Positions 18,904 through 29,030 of a DNA stretch of 64,000 nucleotides are shown piece by piece; position 1 is the first letter of the stretch, and each line of letters opens with the position of its first letter. Source of the DNA: Candidatus Saccharimonadales bacterium (GTDB taxonomy: Bacteria > Patescibacteriota > Saccharimonadia > Saccharimonadales > UBA10212). Location: NCBI GenBank assembly GCA_040900055.1, contig JBBDZU010000006.1, positions 19-64,018 on the forward strand. Direction: 5' to 3'. The notes under the pieces were generated by a model. That model was not told the DNA's origin, did not search any database, and was given only the letters and a program-made list of their open reading frames with translations. The position numbers were made by a program, and so were the translations under genes.

Positions 18904-18977
18904 GGCACCGTGGCCGAGGAGTTAGGTAAAGGTCTGCAAAACCTTTTACGCGGGTGCGAATCCCGTCGGTGCCTCCA
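18904..18977 (+). tRNA. tRNA-Cys (anticodon GCA)
   Basis: Acceptor GGCACCG/CGGTGCC, 3-bp D-stem, anticodon arm AAGGT-CTGCAAA-ACCTT, T-arm GCGGG-TGCGAAT-CCCGT, discriminator U (a Cys identity element), CCA. 74 nt. Confidence 0.8.
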
Positions 18978-19063
18978 GGGCGAGTGCTGGAATGGTTTAC
19001 AGAGCGGACTTAAAATCCGTGCCCCGAAAGGGGTTGTGGGTTCGACTCCCACCTCGCCCACCA
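18978..19063 (+). tRNA. tRNA-Leu (anticodon TAA)
   Basis: Starts immediately after tRNA-Cys. Acceptor GGGCGAG/CTCGCCC, anticodon arm GCGGA-CTTAAAA-TCCGT, long variable arm (CCCC-GAAA-GGGG), T-arm GTGGG-TTCGACT-CCCAC, CCA. 86 nt. Confidence 0.85.
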
Positions 19064-19064
19064 G

Positions 19065-20852
19065 TTAGTTGGTGTCTTGCCGTTTCTGGCGAATCATCCA
19101 ATCGCTGACACTGTAAAACCTGTCTAAGTTACTGTTGGCGGCTTTTCGTTCCAAGCCAAAAACTGGCCCGCGAGTAATGTATAAGAAATTAGGCTGGTAA
19201 AGTGCCAAAGCCGGGGCGTCGTTTATCCAGGTCCGTAAAAAGGCCTGATATTTAACCGCCCGGATAGCCGGGTCCGAGCGAGTCCGCCCCTCGCCAATGG
19301 CTTGATCAGCGGCAGGGGATTTATATTCACTAAGGTTTAAGCGACCCTCGGATGTCAAAGACGCCTGAGAACTATGCCAGTAAGCATAAACATCCGGATC
19401 AACGCCAATACTGATACCGTAAAGCAAAATATCGTAGTCGTGGTTGCCAATAACCGTCGACTGCAGATCTTCACCGCTGTAATAATTAACCTCTACCTTG
19501 ACCCCTGCTCTAGCCCATTGCTCCTGTAAAAATTTGGAAACTTTGGAGTAATTTTGAGTATCTTGCGAACTTAAGTTAAGTATTAAGGGCCGCCCGTCTT
19601 TAAGGCGCATTCCGCCCTCGCCAATTTTAAAACCTGCATCATCTAGCAACTTGTTGGCTTGCTCCAAATTAAAGCCACCCTGGGTTAATGTTCTGTCGTA
19701 ACCGAGCTGGTCTTTTAGTAGGGGCCCATCGGCTAGGCGGGTGGGGTATTCAAATAACGAAGGTAGCCCCTTTTTATCGACAGCTGAAATTAAGGCGCGC
19801 CGAACAGATAGCTCGTTTAAGGGTTGGCGCGAATGATTAAAGAAAGCCATAACAGAACTTGCTAGTGGCGTGACGTAGGTTCGGACGTCGGCATCATTCT
19901 TAAGCTCGTCTGGTAGGGATTCGGGCCCAGAAATTGCGTTAACCTGCTTAGCGGCAAAAGCCCCAGTTAACTGGCGTTCATCGCTAAATGTAACTATGCT
20001 TAAGGCCTCTAGTTTCGGCGGCCCCCCGTAGTATTTGTCGAAGGCAGTTAAAGTAATTCGCTGCTGGCGTTCGGCAGGGTTGGCGCCGACCACTTCTACC
20101 GACAACCATTTAAACGGTCCGGTACCAATGGGGGCGGTGTTAAAGCTGGCGCTTCTAAGCTGCTCTGGGGGCGTAGCCGAAAGCAAGTGCTTAGGAATTA
20201 TGCCGCCAGTTAAAGAGTAAATAAACGGACTTAAGGGACCGGGCAAATCAAATTTAACGGAGTATGCGCTAACTATACTGACTTTAATGCCCCGCCAGCT
20301 GGCATAAAGCGGCGATTGAGCCTCGATATTTTGAATTGATTGGTAAGTAAAAACCACGTCGTCCGCATCAAATAACTCACCGTCATGCCAGCTTACCTTT
20401 TCTTTAAGGTTAACTGTATAGCTAGTTTTAGCATCGTTCACTCGCCAGTTTTTGGCTAGATCACCTACTAAATTATTGTCGTTATCGTATTTAAACAAAC
20501 CCGAAAAAACCAGCCGGCTAATGGCCGAGTCGGCGGTGCCGCTGGCATAAAGTGGATTAGCGTTAGAAAAGGTGCCAACTAAGCCTTCGTTATATAGCCC
20601 GCCAGGAATAGGTTGTAAGGCCTGGTAGTAATTAGATAAAGCTCTGAACTGCAAAACGCTGCTAAAAATTAGCAAAATAAATAAGGCCACCCAAAGCAGT
20701 ACAAATCGCCTGACTGACAATAATCTATCAAAACGCCTAAGCAAGAGCCGGTCTATGTTTTGGTCGGCTTGTTGGGATAACGCCGCCGCCTCACGGCGAC
20801 GGCGGCGAATACCTTTTCGCCAGCGCTTTTTAATTTCCTCAGTATCTGCCAT
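19065..20852 (-). CDS. ABC transporter substrate-binding protein, family 5 (peptide/nickel type)
   Basis: 595 aa. N-terminal TM anchor, then a family-5 SBP-like body ('WHDGELFDADDVVFTY', 'YGGPPKLE'). No permease or ATPase genes are adjacent. Confidence 0.75.
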   Translation of the reverse strand: MADTEEIKKRWRKGIRRRRREAAALSQQADQNIDRLLLRRFDRLLSVRRFVLLWVALFILLIFSSVLQFRALSNYYQALQPIPGGLYNEGLVGTFSNANPLYASGTADSAISRLVFSGLFKYDNDNNLVGDLAKNWRVNDAKTSYTVNLKEKVSWHDGELFDADDVVFTYQSIQNIEAQSPLYASWRGIKVSIVSAYSVKFDLPGPLSPFIYSLTGGIIPKHLLSATPPEQLRSASFNTAPIGTGPFKWLSVEVVGANPAERQQRITLTAFDKYYGGPPKLEALSIVTFSDERQLTGAFAAKQVNAISGPESLPDELKNDADVRTYVTPLASSVMAFFNHSRQPLNELSVRRALISAVDKKGLPSLFEYPTRLADGPLLKDQLGYDRTLTQGGFNLEQANKLLDDAGFKIGEGGMRLKDGRPLILNLSSQDTQNYSKVSKFLQEQWARAGVKVEVNYYSGEDLQSTVIGNHDYDILLYGISIGVDPDVYAYWHSSQASLTSEGRLNLSEYKSPAADQAIGEGRTRSDPAIRAVKYQAFLRTWINDAPALALYQPNFLYITRGPVFGLERKAANSNLDRFYSVSDWMIRQKRQDTN

Positions 20853-20875
20853 GGCTTAAAGCGGAGTACTTATGG

Positions 20876-21097
20876 TCACCGCCCGGCAATGCCGATAATT
20901 ATGCTGCCGCAAAAAATAAACACTAAAATTATGGTTAGCTGGTGCAGGGTTTTGTCCGAACCGCGACGAGTTACATTAACCTCACCGCCGCCACCTAAGC
21001 CGGCGCCCAAAGAAGCTCCCCGAGTTTGGATTAGAATTAGCACTATTAAAAGCAGAACCGAGACAATTGTAACGTAGTTCCAAAAAGTCAGCTGCAT
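20876..21097 (-). CDS. secG: Preprotein translocase subunit SecG
   Basis: 73 aa. Two TM segments flank a Gly-rich loop ('LIQTRGASLGAGLGGGG'), the typical SecG layout. Confidence 0.75.
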   Translation of the reverse strand: MQLTFWNYVTIVSVLLLIVLILIQTRGASLGAGLGGGGEVNVTRRGSDKTLHQLTIILVFIFCGSIIIGIAGR

Positions 21098-21120
21098 GAC
21101 CTTTATTGTACCAAGCTTAA

Positions 21121-22623
21121 CTATTTCTGACTTTTAACGCTTGATAGATGTTTGGACAGGTCCGCACCTTTTTTAGGACCCAAAATCGCTACTAAATCGG
21201 TGGGGTCAGCCGCGAAAATCCGGCGGGTCGACCCAAAATACCGCAGCAACTTTTTTTTAGTCAACGGGCCCACACCGAGAACTTCGTCCAGCAGGCTAGT
21301 TGTTTGGCGACGTCTTTTAAGAGTGCTGTGGTAGCTGAGGGCAAAGCGATGTGATTCATCGCGGATTCGCTGTAGCAGTTTAATTAAATGGCTGGAGGCT
21401 GGTAAAATCACCCGGATGAAGTCTTTGGTTTCAAAGGCATGGGCACCTAATGCCATGAACCGTGAGTTGGTTTGGCCGGCGACTTCGCTCTTGGCTAAGA
21501 TTATTTCTTCTTCACGCTTGGCCAGTCCTATCATTGGAAAATCCAAACCGCACTCATCCCTAGCAGCCAGGGCGGCGGCTAGCTGCCCTTTGCCGCCATC
21601 AATCAATACCAAATCTGGCAAACCCCACTTTTGACGATTAATCTCGCGCAGGCGGCGGCTAATAGTTTCTTTCATATGGGCAAAGTCATCATTAGCCTTA
21701 TATCTCATTTTGAATTTTCGATAAGCGGTTTTGTCGGGCAGGCCGTTAATAAAAACTACCATACTGGCAGCGGTATCAGTGCCTTGCATATGAGAAATAT
21801 CAAAACCTTCGATGCGCCGAGGCGGCTTTGGCAAATCAAGTAGGTTCATAATTTCAACTAAGGCTTTATCGTAACTTGCCGCAGCTATCTCGCGGTCGCT
21901 AAATAAAATTTGCCGCGATAGCTGCTGCAGAGCGGCAAGTTGGTTGCGGGCTATCGCGGCCTTTTCAAAATCTTGAGCCTTGGCGGCCTTTTTCATCTCA
22001 CGTTCAATCTCGCGGACTAAGCCTTTTCGACGACCGCTTAAATACTGCATTAATTTTCGCAAGTTAGTGCGGTAGGCTTCTAGCGATGTTTTACCCTCTT
22101 CCAGGCCGGGGTCAAGGCCCAAATGATAATGCAGGCTCACTCTTTTTTGAGCCACCGGCCGATTTTCCGCATATGGAAAAGCCCGGCGTAGGTACCTTAA
22201 CGCCCGCTTGATAGCAAAGCTGCTCTCGTAAGGGCCAAAATATTTGGCGCCGTCATCTAGCGGCCTTCGAACCAGCTTAACAGTGGGGTAGTCGCTGTTA
22301 ATATCAATCCTAATATATAGCTGCGACTTATCATCCCGTAGGAGTATATTAAACCGCGGTAAGTAGCGACGGACCAGCTCGGCTTCCAAAAATAAGGCGT
22401 CGGCTTCGGTTTCGACCGGCGTAAAATCAAGGTCGGCAATCTCGGATATTAAGACTTTGGTTTTAGGATCGCCTGTATGGTTTTTTTGAAAATACTGCTT
22501 GACGCGATTTTTAAGGTTGGCGGCTTTGCCAATATAAATAATCTCGCCGGTTTTATCTTTATAAAAATAGACACCTGGGCTGGCAGGCAATTTGGCTAAC
22601 TTACTTTTTAGGCGACTTTGCAT
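21121..22623 (-). CDS. uvrC: Excinuclease ABC subunit C (short form)
   Basis: 500 aa. N-terminal GIY-YIG ('GVYFYKDKTGEIIYIGKAANLKNR'), UVR-like helix, RNase H-like endonuclease region and a C-terminal HhH. Confidence 0.85.
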   Translation of the reverse strand: MQSRLKSKLAKLPASPGVYFYKDKTGEIIYIGKAANLKNRVKQYFQKNHTGDPKTKVLISEIADLDFTPVETEADALFLEAELVRRYLPRFNILLRDDKSQLYIRIDINSDYPTVKLVRRPLDDGAKYFGPYESSFAIKRALRYLRRAFPYAENRPVAQKRVSLHYHLGLDPGLEEGKTSLEAYRTNLRKLMQYLSGRRKGLVREIEREMKKAAKAQDFEKAAIARNQLAALQQLSRQILFSDREIAAASYDKALVEIMNLLDLPKPPRRIEGFDISHMQGTDTAASMVVFINGLPDKTAYRKFKMRYKANDDFAHMKETISRRLREINRQKWGLPDLVLIDGGKGQLAAALAARDECGLDFPMIGLAKREEEIILAKSEVAGQTNSRFMALGAHAFETKDFIRVILPASSHLIKLLQRIRDESHRFALSYHSTLKRRRQTTSLLDEVLGVGPLTKKKLLRYFGSTRRIFAADPTDLVAILGPKKGADLSKHLSSVKSQK

Positions 22624-22648
22624 AACTTAAAAGGGCCTAGTTAAAGAG

Positions 22649-23341
22649 CTACTGTTTTTCTGAGGCGCCAGGTTCGGCGCCCTCTTTTTCGGAGGCCTCT
22701 TTAGCTCCATCCGCATCGGCTTCGGTCGTCTCGGCTTCTTCGCCGGCTTCTTCTGGCGCTTCTTCAGCTTCTTCGGCCAGCTGAGCTTTGGTTTCAACAA
22801 CTGTAGCAATTGGGTGGTCGGCTTCTGTCAAAATAGTCACCCCCGCGGGCACGCTTAAATCAGCCACGGTAATTTTGTCGTGCAGCTCGGCCAGTTTTGT
22901 GGCGTCAGCGACCAATTGATCGGGTAAATCTTGAGGCAAAGCCTCTACTTGAACGTTGTCCAGTTGGTGAAGCACCATAAGTCCGATTTTTTCGGCCGGT
23001 ATTTCGCCTTCTAAGTGAATCGGCACTTCGGCCTCGACTTTTTCGTTGCGACGAATGGCTTGGAAGACTACGTGCTGCATCCTGCGCTTAACCGGATTAA
23101 AGTGAACGTCTTTAATAAGGGCTAAATAGTCTTTACCGCCGACGCTTAACTGCAACGGGTGATGTTTACCGGCAGCTTTATACAGTTTGGCGAATTCCAT
23201 CTCATTGCCCATTACATGAATAGATTCTTGGCCGTGATTATGAATAACAGCCGGCACTAGCCCTTCTGCTCGCAAGCTTTGAAGGCCTTTACGAATATGT
23301 GTCCGCTCTTTTAGAAGCACTGGTTCGTCCAGGCTGGCCAT
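22649..23341 (-). CDS. rplY: 50S ribosomal protein L25/Ctc with an acidic C-terminal tail
   Basis: 230 aa. 'LRAEGLVPAVIHNHG' and the two-domain Ctc form. The tail is Glu/Ala-rich. Confidence 0.85.
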   Translation of the reverse strand: MASLDEPVLLKERTHIRKGLQSLRAEGLVPAVIHNHGQESIHVMGNEMEFAKLYKAAGKHHPLQLSVGGKDYLALIKDVHFNPVKRRMQHVVFQAIRRNEKVEAEVPIHLEGEIPAEKIGLMVLHQLDNVQVEALPQDLPDQLVADATKLAELHDKITVADLSVPAGVTILTEADHPIATVVETKAQLAEEAEEAPEEAGEEAETTEADADGAKEASEKEGAEPGASEKQ

Positions 23342-23392
23342 AATTTTCTACTTACTTTCCTTTTAGCTCATTATAACAGATTGAGGCTGGCC

Positions 23393-23407
23393 TGTTAAAA
23401 TAAGCCT
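23393..23407 (+). promoter_or_regulatory. Extended -10 (TGTTAAAAT) 6 nt upstream of the dedA ATG (candidate leaderless promoter)
   Basis: Plus strand reads TGT-TAAAAT-AAGCCT-ATG. No Shine-Dalgarno is present. Confidence 0.4.
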
Positions 23408-24046
23408 ATGTTTGATGCCAGCGCAATTATCCAAACCGGTAGCCTGTTAATTTTAGCTGCAGTTTTATTTGCCGAAACCGGTCTCCTTGTTGGCATTATC
23501 TTTCCGGGCGATAGTTTATTGCTGGCGGCTGGTTTTTTTGCCGCCCAGCAAAATTATTCAATCCAGGCACTTTTAGTCGTGGCTTTTTTGGCAGTTACCC
23601 TTGGTTATCACTCCGGCTACCTTATTGGCCGCCGGGCTGGCCCTAGGTTATTTAAACGCACTGACGGCATCTTCTTCCGCCACGAGTATCTAGCTAAAAC
23701 CCAAACCTTTTTTGAGAACCACGGCGCCAAGACCTTGCTGCTGGCCCGTTACATTCCGATTATCCGGACTTTTGCCTCTTTTGTGGCGGGTATGGGACGA
23801 ATGGACATGCGCCGCTTTGTTTTATATAACATCTTAGGCGGCATGCTTTGGGTTGGCAGCTTGTGCTTGGCCGGCTACTGGCTAGGCACGGCCTTCCCCG
23901 ATTTTGAACACTATATAAAATGGATGCTGATACTTTTCGCCCCGGCATCGTTAGTTATTGCTCTAATACACGTCTTTAGGCACGCCGATGCCAGGCGACG
24001 CTTAAAAAAGGCACTAGCCGAAGAATGGCGGCACTACTTTAGCTAG
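23408..24046 (+). CDS. dedA: DedA family membrane protein
   Basis: 212 aa. SNARE-associated/DedA signature ('FPGDSLLLAAGFFA', 'ARYIPIIRTF'). Confidence 0.85.
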   Translation: MFDASAIIQTGSLLILAAVLFAETGLLVGIIFPGDSLLLAAGFFAAQQNYSIQALLVVAFLAVTLGYHSGYLIGRRAGPRLFKRTDGIFFRHEYLAKTQTFFENHGAKTLLLARYIPIIRTFASFVAGMGRMDMRRFVLYNILGGMLWVGSLCLAGYWLGTAFPDFEHYIKWMLILFAPASLVIALIHVFRHADARRRLKKALAEEWRHYFS

Positions 24047-24398
24047 AAGTTGCCTTAGGTTTTTCCTTAAATAACTCTACGAGCAACTTAGCTCTTCTGA
24101 CTCTTTCATCTAAGACTGTTTGAGTTATTCGAGCAGCTTCCAGGTGTCTTTCAACTAAGGATTGGCCCATGATCATTTTGCCAAGTAACTTTACTCGTGA
24201 CTGCTTTAGCCTTGGCAACGACCGCCGTTCGAGGATGCCTCGTCTAAGCATCTTCGGGTCACTCGCCTCGTTCTCGGCTTGCCTTAGTTCGGCTAAAAAA
24301 ACTTCAGTTCTATCATCGCGATAAATCTCGCTGGTTGGAGGAAAGCCAGTTCGGATATTGGTAAAATAGCGATCTTCTCCTGGTGCTTCAGGTGTCAT
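24039..24398 (-). CDS. Hypothetical protein
   Basis: 119-aa ORF downstream of and co-oriented with uvrA, convergent with dedA. No motif recognised. Confidence 0.4.
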   Translation of the reverse strand: MTPEAPGEDRYFTNIRTGFPPTSEIYRDDRTEVFLAELRQAENEASDPKMLRRGILERRSLPRLKQSRVKLLGKMIMGQSLVERHLEAARITQTVLDERVRRAKLLVELFKEKPKATSS

Positions 24399-24442
24399 AG
24401 TAGGTGTTTAAAAGCTAATTGTATCACTAATTACCTGTAGAG

Positions 24443-27262
24443 TCAAGAGGAGCTTAGAGTCTTCTTTAGAAATTGTCCAGTGTAACTGTCTTTCACCTTA
24501 GCAATTTGCTCTGGCGTGCCTTGGGCTACTACTTTGCCGCCGGCGTCTCCGCCTTCGGGACCCAAATCAATAATATGGTCGGCGGATTTTATAACATCAA
24601 GGTTATGTTCAATTACGATCATGCTATTGCCCCCGTCAACTAGAGCGTGCAAAACATCAAGAAGTTTGGCTACGTCGGCCATATGAAGGCCTGTAGTTGG
24701 CTCGTCCAATATATAGAGCGTCCGGCCGGTAGCCCGCCGGGATAGTTCGGAAGCCAGCTTAATGCGTTGGGCTTCGCCGCCTGACAACGTGGTAGCTGGC
24801 TGGCCCAAAGTTATATAAGACAGGCCAACATCGACTAGAGTTTGCAACTTTCTGGCAATTGCCGGTAAGTTTTCGAAAAGGCCCAGAGCCTGCTCGCAGG
24901 TCATATCTAGTACATCGGAAATTGTCTTACCTTTGTAGTGGATTTCTAAGGCTTCGCGGTTATAGCGTTTGCCGTGGCAGACTTCGCAAGTTACATAAAC
25001 ATCTGGCAAAAAGTGCATTTCTATCTTGATTACGCCATCGCCAGCGCAATTTTCGCAGCGACCGCCCTTAACATTGAAGCTAAACCGGCCGGGGGCATAA
25101 CCCCGCAACTTGGCCTCTGGCAGTTGGGCGAACAGTTCCCGAATAGGCGTAAAGACACCAGTATACGTTGCCGGATTGCTCCTAGGCGTTCGCCCAATGG
25201 GTGATTGGTCAATTACCACTGCCTTATCTAGGTGCTTGATACCTTCTATTTCATCGTGCCGACCAGGCGTAGTTTGCGCGCGCATTAGCCTAGCACTAAG
25301 TTCGCGGGCTAAGATGTCATTGATTAGACTTGATTTGCCAGAACCACTAACACCGCTTACCACAACTAGCTGGCCAAGCGGTATAGGTACGTCAATATTT
25401 TTTAGATTATTTTCACGCGCGCCGCGAACTATAAGCCGGCTGCCGTTGCCGGACCTGCGGGCTTTAGGCACTGGGATTAATTTCTCGCCGCGTAAGAACT
25501 GGGCCGTAGCACTCGATTTAGACTTGGCTACCGCTTGAGGCGCCCCCGTGGCTACAATCCGGCCGCCGTGAACACCAGCTCCTGGTCCAATATCGACCAA
25601 GAAATCAGCATTGCGAATAGTTTCTTCGTCGTGTTCGACCACTATGACAGAGTTGCCTAAGTCCCGTAACTTTTTAAGAGTGTCTAGCAACCGGGCGTTG
25701 TCGCGCTGGTGCAAGCCAATGCTTGGTTCATCCAGCACATAAAGTACGCCTTGAAGTCCTGAGCCAATCTGAGTTGCAAGGCGGATACGCTGGGCTTCGC
25801 CGCCGGATAGCGACACCGCGCTTCTGGCTAAGTTTAGATAATTTAGACCAACGTCTTGCAAAAACTGTAGCCGGGCTTTTATTTCTTTTAATATTTGACG
25901 AGCAATAGAAGACTTAGTTTCATCTAGTTTTAGCGAACTAAAAAAGTCCAAGGCGCTGTCGATATCCAGCTCACAAATATCCGTAATGGAGCTATTCCCA
26001 ACGGTCACTGCTAAAACTTCCGGCTTTAGACGCTTGCCTTCGCAAACATGACAAGGCCGTTCTTGCATAAAGCGTTCAATGTCACGGCGAATAAAATCAC
26101 TTTCGGTTTCTTTATGTCGTCGTTCCAGGTTTGGAATAACCCCCTCATAAGTTGTATTAAAATGCCGGCCTAGCCCTAGTTGGATTTTGTAAGCTTCCTC
26201 GCCGGTGCCGTACATAATTTTTTGCAAGTGGTCTTTGCTTAGCTGGGCAGTTGGGACGTGCAGGCTAAAGCCGTAGCGATCGGCTATAGCTTGAAGTTTC
26301 TTCATGTACCAGGTATCGGTTGATATTCGGTTGAACGGGCGGATAGCGCCTTCGGCTAAAGTTAAGCGACCATTTGGTATAACTAGTTCGGGATCAACCT
26401 CCAGGCGACTGCCAAGCCCAGTGCAGACCGGGCAGGCACCGTGCGGCGAATTAAAACTAAAGGTGCGGGGCTCTAGTTCTGGAATGGCCACATCCGGGTG
26501 GTCTGGGCAAGCGTAGCGCAAACTGTAGGTTTTATCTTCTTTTTTATCGGCATTATGGATAGTAAGTATGCCTTCAGTTATGTCAAAAGCCTGCTCGACG
26601 CTTTGAGATAGACGGCCACGGCTTGGTTCGTCGTTAACCAGGCGATCAACTACTACATCAATACTGTGCTTATATTTTTTATTAAGTGAAGGGAATTCAT
26701 CTAGGGCATAGACTACGCCGTCTACCCGCACGCGAGCGTAGCCGGCCCGCTGGTATTGTTCGGGGATATGCTCAAAAGCGCCTTTTTTATCGATGACAAT
26801 CGGCGCCAGTATCATTAATTTGGCGTTTGGCGAGCCGCTAATAATTTGGTCGACTACCGCCACGGAAGTTTGGCGGGTGACTGGTTTGCCGCAAACTGGG
26901 CAGTGCGGAGTGCCTACTCTGGCAAAAAGTAGCCTCAAGTAGTCGTAAATTTCGGTAACAGTCGCGACTGTTGAGCGCGGGTTGCGGCTGGTTGATTTTT
27001 GGTCAATGCTAATGGCCGGGCTTAAACCGTCGATTTGATCAACATCGGGCTTTTCCATAATGCCCAAAAACTGCCGGGCATAGGCGCTTAGAGATTCTAC
27101 ATAGCGACGCTGGCCTTCGGCGTAAATAGTGTCAAAGGCCAGTGACGATTTTCCAGACCCCGACAGACCTGTAAAAACTACCAGTTTCTCGCGCGGTATC
27201 TCCAAGTCTACATTCTTCAAATTGTGTTCGCGAGCTCCGCGAACAGAGATAAACTTGCTCAT
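24443..27262 (-). CDS. uvrA: Excinuclease ABC subunit A
   Basis: 939 aa. Two ABC ATPase modules ('GLSGSGKSS', 'GVSGSGKSS', two 'LSGGE' signatures) and Zn-finger cysteines. Confidence 0.97.
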   Translation of the reverse strand: MSKFISVRGAREHNLKNVDLEIPREKLVVFTGLSGSGKSSLAFDTIYAEGQRRYVESLSAYARQFLGIMEKPDVDQIDGLSPAISIDQKSTSRNPRSTVATVTEIYDYLRLLFARVGTPHCPVCGKPVTRQTSVAVVDQIISGSPNAKLMILAPIVIDKKGAFEHIPEQYQRAGYARVRVDGVVYALDEFPSLNKKYKHSIDVVVDRLVNDEPSRGRLSQSVEQAFDITEGILTIHNADKKEDKTYSLRYACPDHPDVAIPELEPRTFSFNSPHGACPVCTGLGSRLEVDPELVIPNGRLTLAEGAIRPFNRISTDTWYMKKLQAIADRYGFSLHVPTAQLSKDHLQKIMYGTGEEAYKIQLGLGRHFNTTYEGVIPNLERRHKETESDFIRRDIERFMQERPCHVCEGKRLKPEVLAVTVGNSSITDICELDIDSALDFFSSLKLDETKSSIARQILKEIKARLQFLQDVGLNYLNLARSAVSLSGGEAQRIRLATQIGSGLQGVLYVLDEPSIGLHQRDNARLLDTLKKLRDLGNSVIVVEHDEETIRNADFLVDIGPGAGVHGGRIVATGAPQAVAKSKSSATAQFLRGEKLIPVPKARRSGNGSRLIVRGARENNLKNIDVPIPLGQLVVVSGVSGSGKSSLINDILARELSARLMRAQTTPGRHDEIEGIKHLDKAVVIDQSPIGRTPRSNPATYTGVFTPIRELFAQLPEAKLRGYAPGRFSFNVKGGRCENCAGDGVIKIEMHFLPDVYVTCEVCHGKRYNREALEIHYKGKTISDVLDMTCEQALGLFENLPAIARKLQTLVDVGLSYITLGQPATTLSGGEAQRIKLASELSRRATGRTLYILDEPTTGLHMADVAKLLDVLHALVDGGNSMIVIEHNLDVIKSADHIIDLGPEGGDAGGKVVAQGTPEQIAKVKDSYTGQFLKKTLSSS

Positions 27263-27324
27263 GCAAAGGAGTGATTATACACAAAATCCGGCTTTTTTTC
27301 CAGTCCTACGCCGTTTACTTAAGT

Positions 27325-27336
27325 TATAATCAAACT
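27325..27336 (+). promoter_or_regulatory. -10 TATAAT 6 nt upstream of ATG 27337 (candidate leaderless promoter)
   Basis: Plus strand reads TATAAT-CAAACT-ATG. Confidence 0.4.
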
Positions 27337-27615
27337 ATGGATGCTCTCAAACAGCGCTGGCAAAGAGTACCTAAAGCAGTCCGCAAGCCCTTAGTATTTA
27401 TGGCTGGCACCGTAATAATTATCATTGGTCTAATTTTATTGCCCCTACCCGGCCCCGGCGGCTTAATTATTTTCTTAGGTTTAGCCATCTTGGCTACGGA
27501 GTTTGTAGTGGCCGAAAAAGCTCGTGATTGGGTAATGATTAAAGTTAAACAAGCCTTTGCAAAAATTCGGCGGGGCACCCCGCGACCTAAACCTAAGACT
27601 AAGCTTAAGCCTTAG
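27337..27615 (+). CDS. PGPGW-domain small membrane protein
   Basis: Track ORF starts at 27271. The in-frame ATG at 27337 gives 'MDALKQRW...LLPLPGPGGLIIFLGLAILATEF', the PGPGW-family pattern. Confidence 0.6.
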   Translation: MDALKQRWQRVPKAVRKPLVFMAGTVIIIIGLILLPLPGPGGLIIFLGLAILATEFVVAEKARDWVMIKVKQAFAKIRRGTPRPKPKTKLKP

Positions 27616-29029
27616 GCAATATAGATAAGCTATAGGCTTCTAACTCATTTACTAGATATTGGTGCTCTTTGGTCAGGCCTGGTGTAGCAGCTATTTCTTG
27701 TAACCTTTTTTCAAAGACGGCCGCCGGACTTAAACTACCGCCGGCAAGTAATTTACGGCGGCGATAATCTTGCCACCAGCGTTTTTCTTCTGCATTTAAA
27801 CTTTCTGGAAAATTGCGAGCTTTAAAAAGTGGAAATAGTAGTTTAAGACGTTGGTCTTTAAATTTAGGGTCAAGTGAAGGCAGGTCGGAAGGATTAGCTG
27901 CGTTGACCGCGCTCATTTTTGGTTTATCGACGTCCTGGATAAAGCCATCGTAAAGGGCCCCGTCCACGGATAGATCATCAACTACCAGTTGAGGCTGGTA
28001 AGCCGAGCGTTTAATTTCTAGAGCCTCCAGCAGCTTATTGCCAAAATTATTTAGAGACTTTAGCTTTTTAGAATGATTCTCAATCAACTCAAGCCGTAGG
28101 CCCAAGCGTTTTTGGCTAGCCTTGTCCATGACCGACAAGGGTGCTAGGGCTGGGCAGCGGTTATAAGACAGCTCCTTAACCGGGAAATAGGCCGCATCTT
28201 CACCTCTGGCCGCCCAGCGACTAGCCAGTTCCGTAGGGGCCATATCCGCAAAAGGTTCCGGATCGATTCTAAGGTCGTACATTAAGGCCGAGGCTCTTTT
28301 GGGATTTTGGATAACCATGGCGGCTACCGTAGTCTTTTGCCAATCACCTAGATAGCGGCCGCTGGTATACACTAGCGGCTGGCCCTTGCCGACCAAAACC
28401 GCCACTTTATTTTTATTTCGAAGATTAAGCAGATAATCAAACAGCTTCGGCTGGCTGGTCTTTAGAAGTCGAGCAAAGCCGATCGATGCCATAACATCGG
28501 ATAGCGCATCGTGCGCAGCCGAATGATCAAGTTTGTTAATAGACGCCAGTAATTCCAGTTTATTGCTGGGTCTACCATCAGAGGCGTACGGCCACTTTAT
28601 ACCTTCTGGCCTAAGTGCCCTGGTCATGCGACCAACATCCAGCAAGTCCCAAGTGGAGCAGCCGTTTTTCCAGCTCCATTCATATGGGTCATAAAAATTG
28701 CGCCATAGGCTAAACCGGATAAACTCATTATCAAAACGTAAGTTGTTATAGCCGACTAGGATTGTGTCATCCGTAGATACTTGACTTGTTAAGTATTTAC
28801 AAAATGCGGCTTCGGAGATACCACCAGCCAAAGTAGCTTGGGGAGTTATGCCAGTAATTAAAATGGCGTCTGGCTGGGGCAGCACATCGCTGCTCAGCTT
28901 TATCAATAAATTGTCTGGTGGGCCAATGGGCTTAAAATCCATGTCGGTACGCTGACCAGCAAACTGCATTATCCGGTCGGCCCGCGGTTTAAAGCCGCTG
29001 GTCTCGACATCAAAAAAATAAAAAGTCAC
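27605..29029 (-). CDS. sbcB: Exodeoxyribonuclease I
   Basis: 474 aa. DEDDh exonuclease motifs ('FFDVETSG', 'YNNLRFDNEF', 'AHDALSDV') and SbcB-like length and C-terminal domain. Confidence 0.85.
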   Translation of the reverse strand: MTFYFFDVETSGFKPRADRIMQFAGQRTDMDFKPIGPPDNLLIKLSSDVLPQPDAILITGITPQATLAGGISEAAFCKYLTSQVSTDDTILVGYNNLRFDNEFIRFSLWRNFYDPYEWSWKNGCSTWDLLDVGRMTRALRPEGIKWPYASDGRPSNKLELLASINKLDHSAAHDALSDVMASIGFARLLKTSQPKLFDYLLNLRNKNKVAVLVGKGQPLVYTSGRYLGDWQKTTVAAMVIQNPKRASALMYDLRIDPEPFADMAPTELASRWAARGEDAAYFPVKELSYNRCPALAPLSVMDKASQKRLGLRLELIENHSKKLKSLNNFGNKLLEALEIKRSAYQPQLVVDDLSVDGALYDGFIQDVDKPKMSAVNAANPSDLPSLDPKFKDQRLKLLFPLFKARNFPESLNAEEKRWWQDYRRRKLLAGGSLSPAAVFEKRLQEIAATPGLTKEHQYLVNELEAYSLSILPKA

Positions 29030-29030
29030 T

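Noticed and set aside
18817-19068. ORF 18817..19068(+), 83 aa
   Set aside because: It spans the tRNA-Cys and tRNA-Leu(TAA) genes and their promoter.
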